This document shows, piece after piece, positions 1 to 10,800 of a DNA stretch of 64,000 nt. Position 1 is the stretch's first letter. Every line of letters begins with the position of its first letter. Source of the DNA: an uncultured delta proteobacterium (lineage in GTDB: Bacteria > Desulfobacterota > Binatia > UBA9968); assembly GCA_963804165.1 (NCBI GenBank), contig CAWDPO010000037.1, forward strand, positions 32,001 to 96,000, read 5' to 3'. The translations under genes were made by a program, and so were the position numbers. A model generated the notes under the pieces. It saw only the letters and a list, made by a program, of their open reading frames with translations, was not told the origin of the DNA and searched no databases.

Positions 1-1926
1 GAAAGGTTGAAAAATCTTTTCGAGCTGGTCGTCTTTCAGCCCCTCGCCCCAATCCCGCACTGCGACGATCGCCATGTGACTAGCCAATTCGGTCCGCACG
101 GTCACCTGGCGCTCGATCAGCGGGCAATCTTTCATCGCCTGGAAAGCGTTCAGCAACAGATTTAAGATCACCTGTTGCAACTGCACCTTATCACCGTGAA
201 CTATCGGCGCGGCCGGATCCATTTGGAGCAGGATATTGACCTTGTGCAGGATCGCGTCGCTGTGAATCAGCATAACGACGTCGCGCACGATCGTTTCAAG
301 ATCCAGTGGCGCAGTTTCGAGATCCCCTTTTCTGACCAATTCACGGACCCGGCGGATGATCTCACCCGCCCGGCTATCGTCCGCCACAATGTCCCGCAGG
401 ATCGCCTGGAGCTCTCCGATATTCGCCGGGTCGGCAGCAAGGAAACGCTGCGCGGCCTGGGCGTTGCTGAGGATCGCCGTGAGCGGTTGATTCAATTCAT
501 GCGCCAGCGATGCCGCGAGCTCGCCCATCGTGGTGATTCTTGCTACGTGCGCGAGTTCGTCGCGTTGCCGCTGCACCGTCAATGCACTCTCTTTCTCTTC
601 GGTAATGTCCACCGCGGCGCCGATCCATTCGTGCACCGCGCCGTTGGGGGCAATGATCGGCACTGCTTGAACATGAAAATGCCGATAGCTCCGATCGCGA
701 GCGCGTACTTGAAACTCGTTCTCGTACACACGCTTTTGCGTCATTGCCTGCTTCCATAATCGTTCGCTGTGCTCCTGGTCCTTGGGATGAACCGCCGTAA
801 GCCAACCGAAGTTCCTCACCTCATCTTCGCTCTGACCCGTGAGCTCGTGCCAGCGCGGGGTTGCCAAGAATCCTTCACCATTTGCATCCGCCCGCCAGAC
901 GATATTCGCGCTCGCCATCACCAAAGCTCTGTAGCGCGCCTCGCTCTCGCGCAAAGCATTTTCTTTGTCGCGCCGCTCGCTCAGCGATGCCGTCAGGAAC
1001 ATCAGCGGAAGAAAAGCCGTGATCAAAAAAAGCTGCAGCGATAGCGCGTTTTCGGCCGCCGACTGCATCGCGAAGGGACCTAATCCAGTCCAGGTACTCA
1101 AGAACGCAAGGTAGGCGGCAACCAGGAGAGAAACACACAAGACGCCTACTTCAAATCGTACCGCTGCCCACAACAGAAACGGAAGCGGCGCGTAGAGTAA
1201 CGCCGGAACCGCAGTTTGCTTGCCGAAGGCATTATACCCCGCGATAATCAGCCCGGCCGTGAGCAGACCAAATTCGACGAAACGCGAAATCGGCGGAGTT
1301 GGCTTTTTTGCCGCTCCGGATCTGAAAGCCATCAATAGCGGTGGGATGATCGTAAGCGTCGACAACGTGTTGGATAAAACCCGAGCGCGAAAAACGTACC
1401 CATATTCCTGTTCCCAGCCGCTCAATACGTAGAGATATGCGGCAATAGCAGATACCAGAAAAGGCGCGAGAAGGACCGCACACAGCACAAATACCGTGAC
1501 GGTACGGAAGCTATCGAGCTGTAGCGGGCCCTTGACGAAGTGGCGCACGCTCATGGCTGCCACGAGCGCCTGACTAAAGTTACCAACGAGCTGACTGAAG
1601 ATGCCCAAAACCGGCACGCCGTCTTTCAGTTGCACAAGGATATGCACCGGGGCGACGGCAAGGAGAAAGATCCACCATTGTCGCGGCGGCGCGAGCAGCA
1701 GCGCCGCCAACAAAATTGCGGTAGGCGGCCAGATGAGCGAAAGATGCGAGTTTGGAAATCTAAGAGATTGGCCGATCAAAGCTCCGGCATAGTAGCCGAT
1801 ACAGACCAAAGACACGAAGAGGGCAGAACGAAACAGGAAGGACGTTCTGCCAAAAATCTCTCTGTCCACGTCGTATGCCGAAACTAGCACGGGCTGGGCC
1901 CATTTCGTCTCCGGATAACTTTCCAT
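1..1926 (-). CDS. MASE1-PAS sensor histidine kinase (3' end runs off the window)
   Basis: Not in the ORF track because it has no stop in the window. Partly hand-translated from ATG at 1926: hydrophobic MASE1-like N-terminus (LIWPPTAILLAALL; ALLYAPLPFLLWAAVRF), one PAS/PAC (GWLTAVHPKD), H-box GELAASLAHELNQPLTAILSNAQAA, N-box QLQQVILNLLLNAF, and VRDWGEGL...IFQPF at position 1. Confidence 0.88.
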   Translation of the reverse strand, partial: MESYPETKWAQPVLVSAYDVDREIFGRTSFLFRSALFVSLVCIGYYAGALIGQSLRFPNSHLSLIWPPTAILLAALLLAPPRQWWIFLLAVAPVHILVQLKDGVPVLGIFSQLVGNFSQALVAAMSVRHFVKGPLQLDSFRTVTVFVLCAVLLAPFLVSAIAAYLYVLSGWEQEYGYVFRARVLSNTLSTLTIIPPLLMAFRSGAAKKPTPPISRFVEFGLLTAGLIIAGYNAFGKQTAVPALLYAPLPFLLWAAVRFEVGVLCVSLLVAAYLAFLSTWTGLGPFAMQSAAENALSLQLFLITAFLPLMFLTASLSERRDKENALRESEARYRALVMASANIVWRADANGEGFLATPRWHELTGQSEDEVRNFGWLTAVHPKDQEHSERLWKQAMTQKRVYENEFQVRARDRSYRHFHVQAVPIIAPNGAVHEWIGAAVDITEEKESALTVQRQRDELAHVARITTMGELAASLAHELNQPLTAILSNAQAAQRFLAADPANIGELQAILRDIVADDSRAGEIIRRVRELVRKGDLETAPLDLETIVRDVVMLIHSDAILHKVNILLQMDPAAPIVHGDKVQLQQVILNLLLNAFQAMKDCPLIERQVTVRTELASHMAIVAVRDWGEGLKDDQLEKIFQPF

Positions 1927-2023
1927 CACTGATTTACGGGAAACTATACGATGGCAGATCCTACCTAGCTAAGTGTAACAGCGCAAGCCGGAACCAGCAG
2001 GTTTGAATGATTTAACCAAATGA

Positions 2024-5000
2024 TTACCGCTCCGCAGATAGCAGCGAAGGTTGACTGACAAATGACGTCGGCAGCGTGAAGTAAAACGTCGCGCCCCGGT
2101 CCTGGTTGTTTTCCGCCCACAGGCGCCCGCCGTGAGCCTCGACGATGGACCGGCTGATGGAAAGACCCATACCAAGGCCGTCCGGCTTGGTGGTGTAGAA
2201 AGGTTGAAAAATATTAGCGCCCTCGCCGTTCAGGCCCGTGCCACGGTCACGCACCGAGATCTTGAGCATGCTCGCCCCATCGAGGTCCGCCAGCACTGCG
2301 ACCGAGCGCTCATCCGCGGGTGAATTTTTCAGGGCGTCAAAAGCGTTAAGCAGAAGATTCAACAAGACCTGCTGTAACTGTACTTTGTCCCCCCGCACCA
2401 CCGGCAGGCCTGAGTTAATTTCGAGTAAGACGCGGATGTTATGCAACGTGGCGTCGCTATGAGTCAGCAGCACAACGTCGCTCACGACATTCCCCAAATC
2501 AAGCGGAGCGAACTCGAGTTCTTCCTTTTTCACCAATGTCCGCATCCGCCGGATCACCTCACCCGCGCGACTGTCGTCCTGGACAATGTCCTTCAGGATC
2601 TCCTGTAGTTCCTCCAGATCGGGCGGCTTGACGGCAAGGAAACGCTGGGCCGCCTGCGCATTGCTGAGTATTGCCGTAAGCGGCTGATTCAATTCGTGTG
2701 CGAGCGAGGCCGCTAGCTCTCCCATCGTGGACACGCGAGCGATATGCGCCAGTTCGGCGCGCTGTTGCACCGCTTCCAGTTCTCCCCGCTTGCGCTCGGC
2801 AATGTCAATTGCACAGCCGATGTACCCGAGAAACTCGCCATCGGCTTCAGAGCGCGGCACTGCATGATCCAAGACCCAAGAATATTCACCGTCGAACCTG
2901 CGCAAGCGGTATTCCATCGTAAACTCTTGCCGCGAGTTAAAAGCGTTATTGTAGGTTTCCAGACAGCCAGCTAAATCTTCGCGGTGCACGCCCTCTGCCC
3001 ACCCATTACCAAGCGCCTGTTCCAGCGTGCGGCCGGTAAAGTCGAGCCAACCTTTGTTGAAAAAGGTACAGAGCTTGTCCGTGCCTGACATCCAGATCAT
3101 CACCGGCGCCGTGTCGGCCATGGTACGAAAGCGCGCCTCACTCTCGCGCAACGACTCTTCAGCCCGTTTGCGGTCGGTGATGTCGAGCATCAGACCGCGA
3201 AGCTGCTTTGGCTTGCCATTGTGATGTTGACAATTGACGATATCGTGCACCCAGACGATATCGCCCGACGCTTTGATCATTCGATAATGGAATTCGAATT
3301 CTTCAGCGGTCTGGCTCATCGTCAAACAAGTATCGACCGCCCGCGCCCTGTCGTCGGGATGGATATGAGAGCCCCAAAAATCTTTTTCGTACCACTGCTC
3401 CAGCGGATAACCGAGGAGCTTGACGGCCTGTGGACCGACATAGGTAAATAGCCAAGTCTCGATATCGGCTTCCCAAATAACGGCCGTCGTGGACTCCACC
3501 AGCCGGCGAAAATTCTCCTCGCTTTCGCGTAATCTCTCTTCGGCTTGTTTGCGCTCGGTAATATCCAACACCACGCCCATCCTGCGTGCGCCTCGGCCGC
3601 GCGGGTCATCAACATTTCGGCCCCGTGCCGCGATCCATCGCTCCCTGCCATCGAGTAAGACCACGCGAAACTCCCCTTCATAGGGAAGTCCAATTTGTTC
3701 CGCGCGCTCAATCTCAGCAGCGATACGCGCTCGGTCATCCGGATGGATGCGGTTGACGACGTCTTCGAATCTCAGGGCATCATTTGTGCCGGGACCCAAC
3801 AGCGAACGAAATTGCGGGTTGGCCCAAAAATCGCCGCGCTTCGGGTCGCGCATCCAAAGGCCCAACTCGCCGGCGCTAGCTGCCAGCTCCATGATTTCCT
3901 GAGTTTCCCGTTGCTTGCTCTCAGCGCGGCGCCGGCGCCCCCGTTGCACTAGCAATTCAGCGATCATCGCCGCTTGCAGCGCGATAATAATAAGCGCGCC
4001 GATAATGTACCATTTGTAAAGTTCCCACACCGAGAGGGAACGGAAGCGTAAGACACTGTTCGGAGGCAAGCGGCTTTCGCTGATACCCCAGCGTTTCAAG
4101 GCACGCCAGTCGAACATCGGCACACCGTCAGTGCGAATTTCAAATGGTAATGAGCTTGGCGCAGCCCCCGTCAGAATATGATGCGCCAGTTCGCCGGCGC
4201 GCATTCCTAAAGACGCGACATCCGCAACCGCTCCGCCGACGGCGCCCGTGCCTAGCATCGAGTCCGCCATGACATAGACGGGAACATTGGTCGCCTTGGC
4301 GATCGACTGAGCCGCCTGGGAGGAAATAATCGCGCGGCCCGCGCCATCTCGAAACATCCTGGTGAACAGGATCGCGGTTTGCGGCGGCAACGATGTAACG
4401 GCTTTAAGTATCTCCGGCATGGAGCGCTTGTCCCAGACCTCGACCTCGAGCCGATTGGCAAACGCACGTGCTGCCTGCTGCGCGCGACTCATGACCTGTC
4501 GATCCACTTCCGCGCTGCCGCCGATGAGCACAAGACGCCGTAGATCGGGCTGCAATCGGAGGAGCAGCTCTATCGTTGCGCTTGGATCCGAGCGTTGAGC
4601 GATGCCGCTGACACGGCTATCGATCCGGCCCGCGGGAAACTCCTCTTCGGTCAAGCCAACGGCAACTGCCGGAGTCCCTGGAAATATTTGCTCAAGAAGT
4701 TTTTCTGCAAGGCCCAGGTTACCGACGTAAATCAGTATGACCAGATCCGGAATATCGTCAGCGTATTTGTCGCGCAGGTAGTCGCGGAAAACCCGATGAT
4801 AGCTTTTGCTCGGAAACCTAACGATATCGAGATATTCGGAGTAAAACTCCAGGTCACTCGAATGAAGCTGCCGGAGCTTGTCAACGGCGTTCTGCTCGAC
4901 GACCGGAAAACCGACTGAGAATCGGCTTCCCGTGGAAATCATCAACACGCGTTTGGCGCGCACCCCATCTGCGGCGTGCAGCTCAATCGTCGCCGTCAGG

Positions 5001-5122
5001 CAAACCATCGCGCAGAGCACATAGAGAACCAAATAACGGGAGAGTCGACGTACGCCGTTCGTGATCGCGCTTGGGTGTAAGTGATCCACAGTCGTCGTGA
5101 TACTACGACCGCACCGCAGCAA
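2024..5122 (-). CDS. Sensor histidine kinase: extracytoplasmic substrate-binding-like domain, TM, 3 PAS/PAC, HisKA, HATPase
   Basis: 1032 aa ORF. Signal/TM at the N-terminus, TM WYIIGALIIIALQAAMIAELLV, three HPDD/HRED PAS repeats, H-box AHELNQPL, G2 box GLGMGLSISRSIVEAHGG. Exact start uncertain. Confidence 0.92.
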   Translation of the reverse strand: MLRCGRSITTTVDHLHPSAITNGVRRLSRYLVLYVLCAMVCLTATIELHAADGVRAKRVLMISTGSRFSVGFPVVEQNAVDKLRQLHSSDLEFYSEYLDIVRFPSKSYHRVFRDYLRDKYADDIPDLVILIYVGNLGLAEKLLEQIFPGTPAVAVGLTEEEFPAGRIDSRVSGIAQRSDPSATIELLLRLQPDLRRLVLIGGSAEVDRQVMSRAQQAARAFANRLEVEVWDKRSMPEILKAVTSLPPQTAILFTRMFRDGAGRAIISSQAAQSIAKATNVPVYVMADSMLGTGAVGGAVADVASLGMRAGELAHHILTGAAPSSLPFEIRTDGVPMFDWRALKRWGISESRLPPNSVLRFRSLSVWELYKWYIIGALIIIALQAAMIAELLVQRGRRRRAESKQRETQEIMELAASAGELGLWMRDPKRGDFWANPQFRSLLGPGTNDALRFEDVVNRIHPDDRARIAAEIERAEQIGLPYEGEFRVVLLDGRERWIAARGRNVDDPRGRGARRMGVVLDITERKQAEERLRESEENFRRLVESTTAVIWEADIETWLFTYVGPQAVKLLGYPLEQWYEKDFWGSHIHPDDRARAVDTCLTMSQTAEEFEFHYRMIKASGDIVWVHDIVNCQHHNGKPKQLRGLMLDITDRKRAEESLRESEARFRTMADTAPVMIWMSGTDKLCTFFNKGWLDFTGRTLEQALGNGWAEGVHREDLAGCLETYNNAFNSRQEFTMEYRLRRFDGEYSWVLDHAVPRSEADGEFLGYIGCAIDIAERKRGELEAVQQRAELAHIARVSTMGELAASLAHELNQPLTAILSNAQAAQRFLAVKPPDLEELQEILKDIVQDDSRAGEVIRRMRTLVKKEELEFAPLDLGNVVSDVVLLTHSDATLHNIRVLLEINSGLPVVRGDKVQLQQVLLNLLLNAFDALKNSPADERSVAVLADLDGASMLKISVRDRGTGLNGEGANIFQPFYTTKPDGLGMGLSISRSIVEAHGGRLWAENNQDRGATFYFTLPTSFVSQPSLLSAER

Positions 5123-5734
5123 AAATCAACCTGTTGGACCTGCTTGATGTCCATGTTCGGTTCCTTGAAGCAGGTCGAGATGGCGGTTTGACTTCCCTGG
5201 GAGTTCCAGCTTTATCGCCAGCGAACGCAACTACGCAGGCCAAAGGTCGTGCTGAGCGTGAATATTCAATTAAATTTCCCTGGGCTCGCATCCGGGTGTC
5301 TCTCCAGGTGCAACTAGAGACTTGCTGAAAGGGAAAATGTCTTTATAGCAAATGCCGGACGGAGAAATTGCCGGTCGTCTGAGACTTTTGCGGGTTTTTC
5401 TTGCCGTCCTTTCGCTCTTATTTCTGAGTAACGTATCGCAGGGCGCTTGTTGGGGGGAGACGCTCTGGATACTGTGGTTTCCGCTTTCTCGGATTACCGT
5501 TTGCGATCAGACTGTTACGTAGGCGGCGAAATGGTGACTTACTTCGAGGTCAGGCATGAGGACGCGACGCAGATGGTCCCGGCAACGAGAGAACGTTAAT
5601 TCTATATTTCAAGGCGACGGCGCGGCTGGAAAGAGAGAGCTAACCGCGCTGAGATTTGACTTCACGCCAAATGCGCGATTGAAGAATGAAATGATGCCGC
5701 GACGCAGTGATCCGGGCCGGCCGTTCAAGAAAGA

Positions 5735-6121
5735 TTAGTTTTGACAGGACAGCCAATCGATCGCCGTTTTTGTGTTGGTGAAAACGGCGATTTTTAGGCC
5801 CCGTTGAGCAAGGTCGGTTCTCAATTGGACAAGTGTCGATAGTTGCGGTAAATGAGGCGGAACGATCAAAGCAACCTTATTACCTGATGGCCAGGGATCG
5901 TGCTTGAGGCCCGCGATAAAAGCATTGACTTCCGCAAGATCGAGGCTCACCTTTGCGTCGTTCAAATCTAGCAAGACTTTGCAGTACAGGAGCGACTGGG
6001 TGCCCTTGGCGATCTCGTTAAAAAGTGTTGTGATCCCTGCGATGTCCATAAGCCCATGGGCGATCATGAACAGATAAGTCCCCTCGGTGTGCAAGCGAAA
6101 CAATCTAACTTGTAGATCCAT
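5735..6121 (-). CDS. Hypothetical protein, STAS/SpoIIAA-like fold possible
   Basis: GGAGG RBS before ATG at 6121. Pattern KVLLDL...KVALIV...IAVFTNTKTAIDWL resembles STAS/SEC14-like small proteins. Confidence 0.6.
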   Translation of the reverse strand: MDLQVRLFRLHTEGTYLFMIAHGLMDIAGITTLFNEIAKGTQSLLYCKVLLDLNDAKVSLDLAEVNAFIAGLKHDPWPSGNKVALIVPPHLPQLSTLVQLRTDLAQRGLKIAVFTNTKTAIDWLSCQN

Positions 6122-6233
6122 AGCGACCTCCGTCAGCAAAATTAAGGCTGACGGCGCTAGTTTTCTTGACATTCGGCGACACTTGTTTGACAGCTGTGGT
6201 ATGACCCGGCAAAGAGATTTCAGGGTTTAATCC

Positions 6234-7241
6234 ATGCGCGCACGACCAATGATCGCCGCGACAGTGGCGACCGGTTTGCTTGATGCCGTTAGATCGGCAG
6301 GCGCCGATCCCGAGCAACTCATTCGCAAGGTCGGTTTGGACAATTCGGTTATTTCTAATGCGGACGGATTTTTGCCTTGTTCGGTGTATGCCCGCACGCT
6401 GGAAGAGGCTGCCAGCCTAACATCCGACAGTTGCTTCGGATTGCATTTTGGCGAGCGCGCCAATCCCAAAAGGATTGGTCCGCTCGCTTATGCCGTGTTG
6501 AATTCCCCGACCATCGCCGCCGCTTGTGAAACCGCGGGACGTTATCTGCACGTCCATAACGAAGCGGCCCAGGTTAGCTTCGGCGCCGAAGGTAACCTGG
6601 CCTATCTGCGTTATACGCTGTCTAACTTAGGCTTGGAGGAACCGCGCCAATTCAATGAATACAGCATGGCCGTCGTTCTCAACACGCTGCGCATCATGGC
6701 GGGGAGCCACTGGGTTCCGCGTGAAGTTCACTTTGCCCACAAGACGCCGGAGCAAACGACGGAGCACGCGAGGATTTTCAAGGCGCCGGTGGTTTTCAAT
6801 TGCGCCGACAATGCTCTGGTTATGGAGAGCGAGTTCTGCGCCCAGCCGGTTCCAGCCGCCGACCCGAATCTGTTTAAAATTTTACGCCATTATCTCGACG
6901 ACGTGCTGAGCCATGCGCCACGAGAAGACGAGTTATTGGCTTCGATCCGGAAGACGATTGCGGAGCTGATGAAAGATGGCAGCCCTGATATCGGGCGGGT
7001 GGCGAAAAGACTGGCGCTGAGCCCGCGCACGCTGCAACGACGATTAAATGACTGCGGTCTTGAATATAAAGCGCTGGTCGACGACACGCGTCGACGGTTT
7101 GCTGTCGAATACTTGAAAGATTCCGAAAACACGCTGACGGAGATTGCGTTTCTTTTGGGTTATTCTGAAGTCAGCGCGTTCAGCAGAGCCTTCAAGCGCT
7201 GGACCGGCACTACGCCGTTGGACCATCGTCGCAGGTCATGA
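6234..7241 (+). CDS. AraC family transcriptional regulator (OruR-like)
   Basis: 335 aa. N-terminal FGLHFGE...GPLAYAVLNSPT, C-terminal HTH LALSPRTLQRRL...EIAFLLGYSEVSAFSRAFKRWTG. Confidence 0.95.
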   Translation: MRARPMIAATVATGLLDAVRSAGADPEQLIRKVGLDNSVISNADGFLPCSVYARTLEEAASLTSDSCFGLHFGERANPKRIGPLAYAVLNSPTIAAACETAGRYLHVHNEAAQVSFGAEGNLAYLRYTLSNLGLEEPRQFNEYSMAVVLNTLRIMAGSHWVPREVHFAHKTPEQTTEHARIFKAPVVFNCADNALVMESEFCAQPVPAADPNLFKILRHYLDDVLSHAPREDELLASIRKTIAELMKDGSPDIGRVAKRLALSPRTLQRRLNDCGLEYKALVDDTRRRFAVEYLKDSENTLTEIAFLLGYSEVSAFSRAFKRWTGTTPLDHRRRS

Positions 7242-7269
7242 ACTCGATGGTTGCTGCTCGCGCCCTGAT

Positions 7270-7464
7270 CTAGTGTCCTTATCCGAAGTTCGTTAATATC
7301 TCGTGCACCTCATTTCCGTCATACCGGCGAGAGCCGGTAGGGGCGGGTTTCAAACCCGCCCCTACAAATCCTTGGATTTCAGGTCGTGCAACCCCGGACT
7401 GTGATCAGGGGTTGCACGGAATGACGATCGACTAGTGTAACGAACCTTAGTTACGAGATAGTAG
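7270..7464. repeat. Nested palindromic MITE-like element containing a GTAG-type REP
   Basis: Imperfect outer inverted ends (ctagtgtcc..aagttcgtta / taacgaacc..gatagtag). Middle IR cgtcataccg (7317) / cggaatgacg (7417). Perfect REP gtaggggcgggttt-c-aaacccgcccctac at 7337-7365. 11-bp hairpin at 7385-7418. Lies between convergent genes. Confidence 0.8.
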
Positions 7465-7494
7465 AGGGTCTTCGCTGTCGCGATAATCCAACCG

Positions 7495-7887
7495 TCAGCG
7501 ATCCGTGGTTTTCTTGGGCGGGAGGCTGTAGAGACTGCTGGATGGATTGAAAAAATGGTCGAGCGCCAGCCAGAGACTTCTGGCGTGGTGAAAAAAGGCC
7601 AATGGAAAGATCACCGCGAACGGAACCCAAAGCGCGAGTTGTCCGCCGATCGTCATACTCGTGAGAGTGTCCAATAGCAAGTATCCGGGTATGGCGATTG
7701 CCACTGTCGCGGCATAGTTGATGTAGATGGCGCCGATGAAATAGCCCTGTTCGCGCTCGAACTTGAGGTTGCAGGTCGGGCAATGGTCAAACATCTTGAA
7801 TGGTTTTGCGTAAAGCCGCCCAACGCCGCAGCGCGGGCAGCGCAAGCGGATGCCGGATCCGAATATGCTAAGAAGCTTCGTCGCCAA
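7495..7887 (-). CDS. DUF983-like zinc-ribbon membrane protein
   Basis: RCPRCGVGRLY...CPTC followed by two TM helices and ARSLWLALD. TTG start immediately after the uvrA stop. Confidence 0.8.
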   Translation of the reverse strand: MATKLLSIFGSGIRLRCPRCGVGRLYAKPFKMFDHCPTCNLKFEREQGYFIGAIYINYAATVAIAIPGYLLLDTLTSMTIGGQLALWVPFAVIFPLAFFHHARSLWLALDHFFNPSSSLYSLPPKKTTDR

Positions 7888-7888
7888 T

Positions 7889-10800
7889 TTAAGCGATGGC
7901 CTGCTGGTGCGATTCAATGCGCGCGGGCCGCGCGGCGCCGTTATTCAAATATTCGTGCAGGAAACGCGCGGTGTGAGAGCCTTTGCCGTCCTGCGCGACT
8001 TCAAAAGGCGAGCCGCAGGCGACGACTTTGCCGCCCTGTTCGCCGCCCTCTGGGCCCAGATCGACAAGATAGTCCGCATCTTTGACGATATCCAAATTAT
8101 GCTCGATGGTGATCACGGTGTTGCCCATGTCGACCAAACGGTGGAGTATTTGAATTAATTTTTCGACGTCGACGAAGTGCAGACCGGTGGTCGGCTCGTC
8201 GAGCACGTAAAGCGTCTTGCCGTGAGATTCTTTGCCCAACTCGTAAGCGAGCTTGATGCGTTGAGCTTCACCGCCGGAGAGCGTGTTGCTGGCCTGCCCA
8301 AGCGCAATGTAGCCCATGCCGATATCATCAAGAATCTTGAGCGGCCGGGCGATCTTCGGAAACGCATGAAAGACCGGCACCGCCTCCTCGACCGTCATGC
8401 GGAAAACATCACCGATGCTTTTGTCGTTGAAGCGGATGCTCAAGGTTTCTTCGTTGAAGCGCTCGCCGCCGCACTCCTCGCAGTCGATGAACACGTCGGG
8501 CAAGAAATTCATTTCCTTGCGAATCTTGCCTTGACCGGCGCAAGCTTCGCAACGCCCGCCTTTGACGTTGAACGAGAACCGGCTCGGCGTATAGCCGCGC
8601 AGGCGCGCCTCGGGGGCGAGCGCATAGAGTTTTCTGATTTCGTCGAGCAGACCGACGTAGGACGCCGGCACCGAACGCGGCGTCTTGCCGATGGGAGTTT
8701 GGTCGACCTCGACGACACGTTCTAGAGTTTTCCAACCGGCGATTTCCTTGTGCGCGCCGGGCCGGCCGGCAAACTGACCGAGGTGGAGCTTGAGACCTTT
8801 GTAGAGAACTTCCCTGACCAGAGTGCTTTTGCCTGATCCCGAGATGCCGGTCACGCAGGTCCACATGCCGAGCGGTATTTTCACATCGATGTTTTTCAAG
8901 TTATGCGCTTTGGCGCCGCGAATCGTCAGCCAACCGGCTTTGGTCAACTCGCGCTTCGGGCCGAGACGTTTTTTCTCCGAGCGCAGATAGGCGCCAGTCG
9001 GGGAGTCCGGATTATTCTTGATTTCATCCGGCGTGCCGATCGAAACCACGTTGCCGCCGCGGACGCCCGCTCCCGGGCCCAAGTCGACGATCAAGTCCGC
9101 CGCCTGAATAGTCGCCTCATCGTGTTCGACGACGAGCACGCTGTTGCCCAACTGCTCGAGCCGGCGCAAGGTGCCGAACAACATATTATTGTCGCGCGGG
9201 TGAAGGCCGATGGTCGGCTCGTCGAGGATGTAGCAGACGCCGCGCAGATTAGATCCCAACTGCGCGGCCAGGCGAATGCGTTGCGCCTCGCCGCCGGAAA
9301 GGGTGTCGGCGCGACGATCGAGAGTCAGATAGGGGAGGCCGACTTCGGATAAGAAATTCAGACGCTGCTGTATCTCCCGTAAAATTTTGTCCGCCACCGC
9401 CTGATCGCGCACGGCGTTGCCATTCTCGGCGTGAGAAAGATCGAGCTGGCTAAAATAGGATTTTCGCATCGTCGACGGAGAGCTCCGTAACCTGCCAGAT
9501 CGTCTTGCCCTCGACTTTAACGGCCTGAGCGCGTTGATTGAGCCGCCGGCCTTTGCAGGCAGGACAAGGGGTTTCCGTCATCAGCTCATCGAGCTCGCTG
9601 CTGGAATTCACATCGCTCGCCTCCCAGAGTTCCTTGAGATAAGGCACGAGACCGACAAAGGCGCCGCGTCCCCGGCCGCCGTAAAGAATTTCCTCCTGGA
9701 GTTTCTTTGCTTGTTTCGCGAAGGGCTTATCGGTATCGACGTCGTGATCGTTCTCTAATTGCTCGAGCAAGCGCTGCATCGCGCGCTCGACCTCGGAGCC
9801 ATTCACCGACGATCCCGGCGATATGCCGCTTAGCGCGTCCCTCAGCGGCCGGCGCGGATCGGCGAAGATCAAGTTAGGATCGAAGTCCCAGGCGAAGCCC
9901 ATGCCGGCGCATTGGCCGCAAGCGCCTTGCTGGCTGTTGAAAGAAAACAGCCGGGGATCGAGCGGTTCATAGCCGATGCCGCAGCTCAGGCAGAAAAGCC
10001 GCTGATTGAATATTTGCTCGCCGCGCTCGGAGATCAGATGGATCACCCCGTTGCCTAAACGCAGGCCTTGATCGATCATCGCTTCGACCTCGCGGCCGCC
10101 GGCTTTGGTTTTACCGATGATGATGTCGATATTGTGTTCCTTGAAGCGTTCCAAGCCGTTGGTCAGCTCCGGTGCCCGCAGATCCACCAATTTCCCGTCG
10201 ATGCGCGCGCGTCGATAACCCAGACGGCGCGCGCCGGCGATGACTTCTTTGTGGAAACCCTTGCGGCCGCGCACGATGGGACTCAGGACCATGACTTCTT
10301 TGCCGCGATAGGAACGGCCGATCCGATCGAGGATTTGGCTTCGCGACAGCGAATGAATCTGCCGGCCGCATTGAACGCAATGCTGCTTGCCGATTTTCGA
10401 ATAGAGCAGGCGAAGGTAATGATAAATTTCCGTGACCGTGGCGACGGTGGATTTTTTGCCGCCCTGGCTGAGCCGTTGCTCGATGGCGACGGTCGGCGGG
10501 ATGCCCGCGACGTAGTCGACGTTGGGGCGCGCCATCACTTCGAGAAACTGGCGCGCATAAGCCGACAGACTGTCGATGTAACGGCGCTGTCCTTCGGCGT
10601 AGATGATGTCGAAGGCGAGCGAGGATTTCCCCGAGCCGCTAGTCCGGTAAAGACCACGAAGCGATCGCGTGGAATATTCAAACTGATATTTTTTAAATTA
10701 TGTTCCTTGGCGCCGACGATGGCGATGGCATTCTCGTCTGGCGTTGGACCCTTGAACGTTTGAACGCTTGACGTTTGTCCAGCACAGGCGTGAACGGCGA

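Noticed and set aside
5123-5734. 600-bp intergenic region as an sRNA, riboswitch or small gene
   Set aside because: No recognisable RNA motif, terminator or convincing ORF was seen. An Rfam search would be needed.
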